From a virus (Duplodnaviria; Caudoviricetes): a DNA stretch of 55,716 nt. The stretch is from positions 1 through 55,716 of IMG/VR virus record IMGVR_UViG_3300024265_000060; one strand, 5' to 3'. How positions within the stretch are numbered: position 1 is the stretch's first letter; the number at the start of each line of letters is the position of its first letter. This document shows positions 8,228 to 17,500 of this stretch, one piece after another. The notes under the pieces were generated by a model that had not been told where the DNA came from, searched no databases, and saw only the letters and a program-made list of their open reading frames with translations. Position numbers and translations under genes: made by a program.

Positions 8228-9626
8228 CGCACATGGATTTTATTATGAACACATAAAGTCTTGGCTGAGCAATACAAAGCTGAAGGGAGACAGGGGGAAG
8301 CTGCTTGATACGCTCGGGTTGATTAAGAGACTTGAGCTGAAGGTTAGTGAGGCTGAGCGGAGCGAGCTGAGGAACCTGCTGAAGGAAGCATTTGGGGCGA
8401 CTGATGCAGAGCTTCTTCATCTAATCCCCGCAGAACGTGCGGCGGAAGTGGACCGGCCAAAAGTGGAGCCGAGGCCGTTGCCGAGTGGGCTTGGATATGT
8501 TAATGATTATGTGGAGATGACGGCGGGACAGGAGAGTCCGGAGAGTTTTCATGCGTTTGCGTTGTTGACTTGTGTTGGGGCGGCGCTGGGCAGGAAGGTT
8601 TGGTTGGATCAGGTTTGGTTTAAGGTTTGGCCGAATTTGAGTGTTGTGTTGACGGGGCCAGCTGGTGGGCCAAGAAAGACGACCGCTTGGGATATGGCGA
8701 TGGCGACTGTGGAGGCAGCTTTTCGGGAGTGGAAACCGAAACAGATTTCAGATGCGAGTCCACAGGCGTTGGTGGAGGAGTTGGGGAAGGGTGGTGGAGA
8801 TGCGCAAGGGTTTATCTATGCACCGGAGTTTCGGCAGTTTTTTCCCAGTCAAAACTATATGGAAGGAGCAGTTCCACTTATTACTAGATTGTTGGATAAC
8901 CCAGATACATACCCCGTTTCTAGAATCACGAGGAAAGCTACGAACCTGAAAAATGTTACGCTTAGTATGGCTGGTGGGTCTACGCTGGACTGGATGAGCA
9001 AGCTGCCGCAGGACGCACAAGGGGGCGGGTTCTTGACGAGGGTTTTGCTTGTGCATGAGGAAGAGCCGAAGAGCCCGAAGCCCATACCGAAACGGCAGAA
9101 GTCTGGTGTGGAAGCGAAGGTGAAGGCGGCGTTGACTGCGATTGATCAGTATGGCAAGGGTGAGGTGAGGCTGGATGCGAAGGCTAGGAGATGGTATGAT
9201 GGGTGGTATAAAGAAATCCGGAAGACCAGGGCAAAGACGCCGAGGTTGACGCTTTATTTTAATCGGAAGCCGATGCACCTTTTGAGACTTGCTATGCTGA
9301 CGACCTTGCCGATGAAGGTGCTCAAGGAGGCGGATCTGGAGGCGACGGCAACCTTGATGGACTGGATGGAGCAGCCGCTTGGGGATGTTTACAAGATGAT
9401 TGGGATGAGCAAGGCGGGGGAAATGACGAGGTCGGTGCTGGATACTATCAAGGCGCTCGGGGGTGTTTGTGAGTATAAGACCTTGGCGAGGGAGATTAAG
9501 GGGCTGCTTAATAAGCGGGACTTGAGGATGGCGGTTGATACGCTCAAGGATGCTGGGCAGCTTGTGGAGGTGAGTGATGCGATGGAGCATACGGTTTATA
9601 TTAAGGAGTTGGGGGTGGTGGAATGA
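8211..9626 (+). CDS. DUF3987/YfjI-family P-loop helicase-like replication protein
   Basis: ESPESFH, PNLSVVLTGPAGGPRKTT, SPQALVEEL, GGFLTR motifs and a C-terminal winged-helix-like segment. Confidence 0.8.
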   Translation: MPRGGDAHGFYYEHIKSWLSNTKLKGDRGKLLDTLGLIKRLELKVSEAERSELRNLLKEAFGATDAELLHLIPAERAAEVDRPKVEPRPLPSGLGYVNDYVEMTAGQESPESFHAFALLTCVGAALGRKVWLDQVWFKVWPNLSVVLTGPAGGPRKTTAWDMAMATVEAAFREWKPKQISDASPQALVEELGKGGGDAQGFIYAPEFRQFFPSQNYMEGAVPLITRLLDNPDTYPVSRITRKATNLKNVTLSMAGGSTLDWMSKLPQDAQGGGFLTRVLLVHEEEPKSPKPIPKRQKSGVEAKVKAALTAIDQYGKGEVRLDAKARRWYDGWYKEIRKTRAKTPRLTLYFNRKPMHLLRLAMLTTLPMKVLKEADLEATATLMDWMEQPLGDVYKMIGMSKAGEMTRSVLDTIKALGGVCEYKTLAREIKGLLNKRDLRMAVDTLKDAGQLVEVSDAMEHTVYIKELGVVE

Positions 9627-9768
9627 AGCACGTTCCGCATTATCATAGTCATGTAGAATGCCCAAGATGCAATAGAGAATATGCTTGTACGAGAGTTGAT
9701 TGTGTGGGCAAGCGAATCCAAATGTGTGAGCAATGTGAAGCCGAAGAGGCTGAAGATAAGGAGACCAC

Positions 9769-10167
9769 GTGGCGATTAAGAAGCTGATCATTGATGATGA
9801 GATGAGGGGGCAGGACCAGAATGTTGTGGGGATTTCGGAGAAGCTAAATGAAGTGATTGATGGTTTGACTATTGTTGAAGGGGTGATAAGGACTCAGTTG
9901 AACTTGTTGCTTATGTTGAATCGCAGAATTGACTTAGGGCTTTTTGCGTCTGTCGATGCTGAAACTAAGGCCGCCATAGACACGGAATGTGTCAGAGAGT
10001 TCGGCAGCAGCGAAGGTGTGGAGGGGGAAGTGGCGGGTGACGCGGCCAAAGAAGCCGGAATCCTCACTGTCAGCGAAGAGGCCGCCCTCGATGGTCCAAG
10101 TTCGGACCCGAGCGGGGGGAGTCCAGCTGGTGAAGTCCATGACGACGGGAATGACTCGGAGAACTGA
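9769..10167 (+). CDS. hypothetical protein, converging into the lysis genes
   Basis: AAGGAG RBS + GTG; the 3' 234 nt overlap the minus-strand gene. Confidence 0.6.
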   Translation: MAIKKLIIDDEMRGQDQNVVGISEKLNEVIDGLTIVEGVIRTQLNLLLMLNRRIDLGLFASVDAETKAAIDTECVREFGSSEGVEGEVAGDAAKEAGILTVSEEAALDGPSSDPSGGSPAGEVHDDGNDSEN

Positions 10168-10617
10168 TGAATCTTTTGGAGAAATTTCGGTCAGCTCGCC
10201 GTCGAACTCGACCTTTCCTGAATGGGTTTGTCGGATGGAAGTTTTGAACTTAAATTTCTGGTTAACGTCTAAGGAGCGGAGGTCTTGATGAAAGAAAAAC
10301 CGTCCGTGCTCATCTGCCCAATCTGTGCATTTGAAATCACGGCAGGCGGCATCATCGCTACTGATGGCCCCACTATCGCCCTCGTGAACCGTATCCCGAA
10401 TGTCGAATCGACCAACGGATACAACGGCGAGACGATCCCGAACGTGTGCCGCATCGTTGAGAGCGTCCTTCAGCTCGCCAGAGAGGGATTCAATCTTAGC
10501 TTCAAGATCCGCCTTGGCGATGAGGTAGTCGTTGAGCTTGAAGCCACCCCAGAGAAGGAGACCGAGAAGCCCAAAGCTAATGGCTCCGGCGAGCTTTGAT
10601 TTTAGTGATGAGAGCAC
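9934..10617 (-). CDS. membrane-anchored coiled-coil protein with beta-rich C-terminus (spanin-like candidate)
   Basis: N-terminal TM (AGAISFGLLGLLLWGGF), coiled coil, C-terminal amphipathic strands; last gene of the late block. Confidence 0.65.
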   Translation of the reverse strand: MLSSLKSKLAGAISFGLLGLLLWGGFKLNDYLIAKADLEAKIESLSGELKDALNDAAHVRDRLAVVSVGRFDIRDTVHEGDSGAISSDDAACRDFKCTDWADEHGRFFFHQDLRSLDVNQKFKFKTSIRQTHSGKVEFDGELTEISPKDSSVLRVIPVVMDFTSWTPPARVRTWTIEGGLFADSEDSGFFGRVTRHFPLHTFAAAELSDTFRVYGGLSFSIDRRKKP

Positions 10618-10684
10618 GAACGCCTCGTCTGATTGCTTCGTTGGCTAGGACGCCGACGATTAGTCCGAAGATGAAGTTGAGCAT
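10577..10684 (-). CDS. 35-aa single-TM protein
   Basis: Read manually: AGGAG RBS, MLNFIFGLIVGVLANEAIRRGVRALITKIKARRSH. Confidence 0.55.
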   Translation of the reverse strand: MLNFIFGLIVGVLANEAIRRGVRALITKIKARRSH

Positions 10685-10695
10685 TTTTCTCTCTC

Positions 10696-11253
10696 CTAGA
10701 GTGTGATGTCTGTGATCAGATGTTTGGTCCGCTCATACAGGCCTTGAAGTCCGTTCACATCGCTTTCACAACGAGCCACCATAGTTGGCTTGATGCGTTT
10801 CCACTCAGCTGCGGCCTGTGCCCAGTCGTCGGCGGAGACGCTCATTTTTTGCTCGTCTAGTTGCAGCCAGCTGCAATAGTGGCCTTGAGAGCGCCGAGAC
10901 ATGATGGTCTTGGCTTTGAGCTGATAGTACATGTCGATGTGAGGACGCTTTTCGATCGGATCAATCTTGTGAATGAGCAGCCGTGTGTTGAGCATCTTGA
11001 TGTCGAAACCTCGACCGTAATATGTTACCCAGCAATCGAGGCCCTCTAGAGATGCTTTCGTTTTGATCAGCGTGGCGCGGTCTTTGCCAACCTTACTGAC
11101 TGAATGCGTGGTGGGCTCGGTTTGGAACTGTTTAATGCTGGCGCACAGCATGGTGTTGTAATCACCACGCAGGCCGCTTGCTTCTATGTCAATAAAGCCT
11201 AATGTGTTAGCTGACTCAACCAGTCGTAAAAAGCGTTGCGTGTCAATTTGCAC
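10696..11253 (-). CDS. RNase H-fold (DnaQ/YprB-like) 3'-5' exonuclease
   Basis: FIDIEASG, TYYGRGFD, HIDMY and RCESDV DEDD-type motifs; AAGGAG RBS before GTG 11253. Confidence 0.85.
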   Translation of the reverse strand: MQIDTQRFLRLVESANTLGFIDIEASGLRGDYNTMLCASIKQFQTEPTTHSVSKVGKDRATLIKTKASLEGLDCWVTYYGRGFDIKMLNTRLLIHKIDPIEKRPHIDMYYQLKAKTIMSRRSQGHYCSWLQLDEQKMSVSADDWAQAAAEWKRIKPTMVARCESDVNGLQGLYERTKHLITDITL

Positions 11254-11567
11254 TAGTCTCCCTTTTTGAAACTTTCGCGGCCGATTGCAATGACTTTCGC
11301 AAAGGCGTTCGAAGCTCCGACGGCGATGCAACCGGCAAAGGCAGCGCCTCCGTAACCTTTCCAACCTTCTGTAAGCGGTAAGGTTGTAAGGAAACCGAAG
11401 GCGAATGCAGCCATACCGAAGAGAGGTCCGAGGAGCAGGGCGAAGATGGGCTTGGAGTACCAGGTCCAATTTCGGCGCTTTGCCACGGATGCCATAGCTT
11501 CGGTCAGGCCCCAGACTGCGGCGATGACGGTTGCAAGTTGAATTGTGACTGTTGCTAGAATGTCCAT
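11253..11567 (-). CDS. holin-like membrane protein
   Basis: Three hydrophobic segments, basic C-terminus, AGGAG RBS. Confidence 0.65.
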   Translation of the reverse strand: MDILATVTIQLATVIAAVWGLTEAMASVAKRRNWTWYSKPIFALLLGPLFGMAAFAFGFLTTLPLTEGWKGYGGAAFAGCIAVGASNAFAKVIAIGRESFKKGD

Positions 11568-11577
11568 AACGGCTCCT

Positions 11578-11589
11578 ATTATAGCATAC
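11578..11589 (-). promoter_or_regulatory. putative extended -10 promoter (GTATGCTATAAT)
   Basis: TGnTATAAT just upstream of the holin-like gene; a near-identical motif occurs at 48663-48674. Confidence 0.35.
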
Positions 11590-14500
11590 TATCCGAGTGT
11601 GAAGAATCCGCGTTTCTTGGCCTTTTTGCCGCCAATTCGTTCGATGATGCCACGGCCACCACGGGGGAGGGAACCTTCTTTTTTGCCGAAGAGAGGTCTG
11701 GTCACGTGGCGCATGATTTCGCGCCCAGCAGAGCGGTGAATTTGGACGCCAAATGGGATGTTATCGACGACGAGTTGGGCGGTTGATGGGGTGACTGGTG
11801 CGCCCCGAATCTTGTTTACTATGTCAACAGCGACGCCGAAGGCTGGGCCGGTTATTTCGAGATTCATCATGAGGCTGATTGGGTTGATGCGGTGGCCGAG
11901 TTCGAAGGGTTTGCCTTGGACGCCTTTGCCGATGAGGTAGTCGGCGGACAACCTGTCAACGGCGGCAACAGCCCCACCTACTAGACCCTTGCCGCTGAAC
12001 TCTGGTTCATCTTCGCCGAGTAACATGCGTAAGAAGGGACCAGTTATGTTTGCGTCTACGCCACCTACCATGTGGGTTACCATCATGTAGAGCGAGACGA
12101 ACTTGAAACTCTTGAAACGGGCTGCCTTGTCTGGAGAAAGAAACATGTTGCGAACTTCGCCGCCGAGAAGTTGCAGCATTTCGATGCGGTAGGGTGAAAA
12201 TTGGAACAAGACGGAGCCGAGGCCGGAGCGGACCAAGGGGAGGCGGCCGGTACGGGTCATGTTGAACTGGGTGAGGTCACTCTCAAGGATGCCTGCCACG
12301 AGCGACATGTTTTCGTCAATGCCTGCTTCGCGGGCGGTTTTGTTCATAGCTGCGAAAGCGAGCTTTCGGTTGCGGTTCTCGATGCCGGTGAAAGAGCGCC
12401 GACCGAGGGTACGCCAACGGATGAGGAAGCCTTTGATTTGGCGCTGAGCCTGGATGCCAATGTCGGAGCGCAAGGTTTGATCGGCGAGGCCGGAGGCATT
12501 GAAGAGCTTTTCGATTTCTGGGTTGCTGGAGATTTCTCTTGCTGCCTTTAGGTAGCCATCTATGCCACCCGCTTTGAAGGAACCGAAGCGAGCAGAGGTG
12601 GTGAATGGGCCTTGGGTTGCGTTGATGGCATTTGTAATGGCTGAGAATTCGATCTTGGCTGCAAAGACCGCGCCACGGATGGCGTTGGCGGTGCGAGTAA
12701 AGGGGCGGCTGTCGGAAACTGCGAGACGGCGAATCCAACGACTTAGCCCTTCGCCGAACGCACCACGGCCGGAGGTTTGAATGCCGAGGTCACGGAGTTT
12801 GCGGCTCAAGACGGTATCCATGGGGTCTGGTTCGCCAACTGAGTAGCGCATCCAACGTTTGAACCAGGCTGCTTGTTCGTTACCGAGGGCTTGGAAGACT
12901 TCGGGACGGTTGAATTCGGCTAGGAACGGGTCCCAAGCAATCTTGCGGGCAGCTCCGCGCAGATAAATGTCCATGGACTGGAGCGGAGCAATCTCGAAGT
13001 CGAGCGTTTCGGTCTTGCGCTTTTGGAAGTTGCCAAAGAAGACTTCCCGGCCTGGGTTCATGTCGGTGGGGATTTCGAGATTGCCGAGGGCGTTTTTGGT
13101 GTAGAGTTTTGGGAAGTAGTCTTCCGTTCGGGCGCTCGGAGGGAGGTGGGCAAGGTCGGCGACAGAGTCGTGGAGATCGGCTAGCATGGCGGCGCGACGT
13201 TCGAGTTCGGCGAAGCGGGCTGGGTTTTGTTCGCGAGTGGGTAAGAGGAGTTCGGTGGTGGCGGGCTTGCCCCCTCTCATGATGGTGGACATGTTTTGGA
13301 GGAGCTTGCGGGTTTCTGAGAAGGCAGAGCTGTCGTCGATCAAGGAACGGCGCGCGACTTTGCGGGCTGGGTCGGCTAAGACCTCGTCAAGGCGGCCTTC
13401 GCGAATGAGGCGGACGGCAATTTGTTCTTGAGGGGAAAGGTCAGCGAAGACGGGCGCAAGGGCGTTGTTCCAGTTTTTGAGCAGCTCCGTTTCCATGGCT
13501 TGAATGCCGCGACCTTTGGTGTATGCGTCGAGCATGACGGGGTGGGACCAGAAAACCATACGGCGGACGACAGATTGCAGGCGTTGGACGCCACCCGGAC
13601 CACCGCCCCACGCGACTTGGCCGGATGTTGGATCCATGACGGTGTCGTCGGTTGAGAGCTTAGGATTAAATCTAAGATCTTCGAGGGCAGCTTTGAAGGC
13701 TTCGATCTCGCGAGAGCGCTCTGCTGAGAAAGCTTTACCGGTGCCTTTAGCGGATGTGGGGAAGAAGTCTGCGGTTTCGCTAAGCATCGCACCGAGTTCA
13801 GTCTTCCGGAACTCTTTAAGGCGTTCGATTGCTTCGAGAACGTCGCCGCCGGTTACCTTGAGGCGGTCGGGGAGGCCGAACTTCTTGGCCATCTCGCCCT
13901 GCAAAGTTGCGTAGTCGTTGATAGCACCAGCATAGCCTTTGGCTTGGTTGGTTAGCTCACCCCAAAGCTTCCAAGCTGTGATGCCTTTGGTTGGTTTGAG
14001 CTTGCCGATCATTTCTGAGATATGGCGCATTTGTTCTGGACCTTCGAGCGCAGCAAACTCGGTGTTGTCGAGGCTCTCGCGCCACATCTTGGAACGGAGG
14101 TCGTTGCGAGTTGCACCTGCTACGTCGGAGCCGGATGGGGTGGCTTCGCCAGTTAAGATGTTGTAACTGTTGCCGGGGGTGTAATCGGTTTTGAGGATTT
14201 GCAGGACGCCGGAGCGGGTGAAGAGACCGAGGTCTGAGCCATCTCTTAGGTCTGTAACTTGGAAGCGAAGGAGGCCACCATCTTTTGCGGTTGAAGGCTC
14301 AGCGGCTTCGTTAACGATGCCGACAGGTTCAATGCCGAAGCGGACATTTGTGCGGACTGGGTCATAGTCGGGGTGAAGCGCGTGACTCCGGAAGGTGCCG
14401 ATGATTTCGGCGGATTGACGGTCGCGGATGGTGACGAGACGGGGACGAAGGTCGCCGAACTTGGTGGCGAGATTCTGGCCTGCAAGGGTGGTGTCGGGCG

Positions 14501-17500
14501 TGATTTCGAAGACGAAGTCGGTTGCTTTGCTGTTGGGCGCAGTTGGCTTGTTGCCTCCGCCGGGCGGGCCAGTTGGGGATGCTTGTTTGGGAGGTTTCTT
14601 GGAACCTGTGCCGCCAGTGCCGAGGGACGGAAAGGTGATGTCTGGGTATTCGATTCCGCGCCGATTTAGCTCGGCCGAGAGCTGGGCGACGGTTTCGTTG
14701 TTCTTTGTGGCTTCGGGGTTTTTTAGCTGAGAAAGGCGAGCCTTCCTGAAGCGTTCCAATAATAGGGGGTCACCTACCCCTTGGAGGCGACGATTTACGG
14801 CCTTAGCGGGCGGCTCAGAGCCTCCGATTAGACGGTCGGCCAGTTTTAATTGGCCTTGGGCTGGATCTGGGTCGATTGCAAGTTGAGCGTCCACGTCTTT
14901 GACGGCTGAGGCAAGTTCGTTTTCGCGGGTGAGGGCGGCACGGAATTGCCGCTGGAGGGTCTTGTTTTTTGGGTTGCGGACTAGGCGGTTGCCAAGTTGT
15001 TCGCGGGCTTGGGTCAGTTGGCCAAGGGTTTTGCGGCGCATGTTGTTGAAGTGTTCGCCGAAAGCTTTTCCGGCAAGCAGGTCTTCCTGGGGGCCTCTAG
15101 CGACGCCGCCTTTTGTTGAAGCTCCTGCTGGGAGGGTTCTAAGGATGAGCTGCTTGGGGCCTTGGGGGTCGCCGAAGTCAACCGACTTCGGATCGGTTCC
15201 TTTCTTGCCACCAAAGACACGTTCGAGCTTGCCGGTCCGGCGGCGGATGAAGCCTCGGAACTGGGCTCCGACTTCGGTCTCGGTCATGTTGAAGCGAGCG
15301 CCGACTTCAGCTAGGTCTACGAAGTCTACGCCTGCGGTGGATCGGCCGTGCTCGTCGATGCCAAGATGAAGCTGGAGGATGTCACGCTGGAGCTTGTTGA
15401 GCGAGGCCATTTCCTCAACGAGCTGAGCCTGGGCGGCCGGGTCCGGGTTGCCAATGAAGTCTTTGAAGAGCTTAAAGGGCTTGGAGCGGGGGCCTCGGGT
15501 GCGAGGCGCTGCCGCTAACGGAGCTGGTACGACGGTTGGTGTTCCAGCGATAGCTGTACCTTCACCTGTGCCTGCTTCGACGAAGTCAGCGAGGTCAACG
15601 GTTTCACCCTTCTTGTTGACGGCTGTGATGGACTGGCCTTCGGGGGTGACGCCGCCGAAAACTTTGAACTGAAGGTCTGCTATAATGCCTTTGATGCGGG
15701 CGTTTGTGATTTTGCCGGTTCGAGCAGCTTCAGCGAGGGCGGTTTCGCGCACAAAGCTGCCAAGAGTTTCGCCTGTTCCTTCAACGCCGAGTTCCAAGTT
15801 GATGCCCTTGAAGGATTTGCGGGCAACGGATTCGACGAGACGGTCGATGGGGGGCGTGCCAGTTTGGCTGACGTTACCTTTTTCGTCAGTTACTTTACCA
15901 GGAGTGATGAGGCGGGTGAGGAGCTTTTTGGTTTTCTCGGGTGTCTTCGGGTCTTCGAGGGTGGTGAAGGTTATTTTGCGGACGCGGTCGATGGAGGATT
16001 CAGGAGGTGTTGCGTCTTCAAGACCAACTGTTTTTGGCCTCACTTCACCAAGAAGATTTTCGATAGCTTGGTTGGCACGTTGGACTTGAGATCGGCGTTC
16101 GTTTTCAACTGCAATACGCTGTTTGGCTACAAAAAGACGTTCGCCACCGGGCTCGGGTCTGGGGCCGGAGGAACCGAACAAGGAAGTTTGGCCAGCAAAG
16201 CTCTTGCCGAACGGCAATGAGCCTTCGACGGTAAGGCCAGCGATGGAATATGGAGTGGCGGTCAGGCTGTCGTTGATGGCTCTAAAGCGTTCTGGCTCGC
16301 GGACGAAGACAGCGTCTGGGTCGATGAGCATTTGGTCGAAGCCGTGGGCGAGGTCTTCGACTGGGCTGCGGCGGTCGAAACGGATGCGGCCGTTTTTGGC
16401 TTCTTCGGGAAGGACTGAGCGAATCCACTTTCCGCCGAGTGGGCCAATATCAAAGGAGGAAATGGCGTTGATAGTTTCGCCAGAGGCAGTTAGGAATGTG
16501 CGACGACGGGCATCGAAGACGTTGTTTGGGACGGAGTCGTTGGGGAAAGCTTCGTCTTTGGCGGATGCGACACGGTTTCTTTCGATGAACTCGGCTTCTG
16601 GGACCCAGCCCAGGCTACGAATGTCACGTTCGTAGCCTTTTGGGTTTGCGGTCGCGAGGGAATGTTGGCCTTCGTGCGCTAGGGTCTTGATGAGCATATC
16701 GAAGCCGGGGATACGGAGGGTGTTGATGTTTGTGGTGGTGCGAGGGAGGCGACCTGCATTGACCGTGACTGCGCCAGTATTTTTGTTGAAGCGGCCGAAG
16801 GTGTTGTCAGGGAGCTGGTCAGAAATGTGGACTCGGGTTACGTTGGCAAGAGCCTCTGCAGGCAAGACGCTGAGGGCTGATTTTACTTGCTGAACGCCAA
16901 GTTTTGACTGGCCGGTTGTGACGGTGACAGGAATCTTGATGCCATTTATGTTGAGGTCATTGACGGCTCCAACGAAGCTACGAAGTAGGGGCGGTTCGGC
17001 AGAAACCAGGTCGGCTGCACGGTCTTCGAGTTCTGGCTTAGCGGTCAGCTTACCAAGCAACCCCTCAAGCCTATTGATCTTAGCTCGGTTGGCCGTTGGC
17101 AACATTTCTTCGAGGCCCTTCTTGTCAAGGACAAGAAGCTCGCCAGCCTTTCCGCGTTCAAGCGTAACGATGTCATGGACGACGGGCAGTTCGCCACGTC
17201 GGGCGACGATGCCAACTCGCATTGACTTGCCATCTTTGGACCGCTCAAGGAACTGAACAAGCCGCCTCGTTTTGCCTCGGACCTGCGCGACCAAGTCTCC
17301 TTCTTTGATGATGGCCGGACGGTCGGCTAAGATTTTGCCTTCGGAGATTCGCCGCGCCTTCATCTCTCGAACACCTTCAGGAATGTCTGCGTTCACGCCA
17401 CCTTGTGGATCGCCGGGGCGGTAGTCTCTAATCAGTCCATCGTCGGTGCGGATGGTGAAGGTTCGGCGACCTGTGTTGTCGAGCTGGGTGCGCATCAAGG

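Noticed and set aside
8748-9791. 347-aa minus-strand ORF (similar: 49335-50546, 45570-46304, 34463-35275)
   Set aside because: Antisense shadows of well-supported genes, with composition explained by codon bias.
11254-11469. Long N-terminal extension of the exonuclease ORF
   Set aside because: It overlaps the holin out of frame; a strong RBS supports the GTG at 11253.
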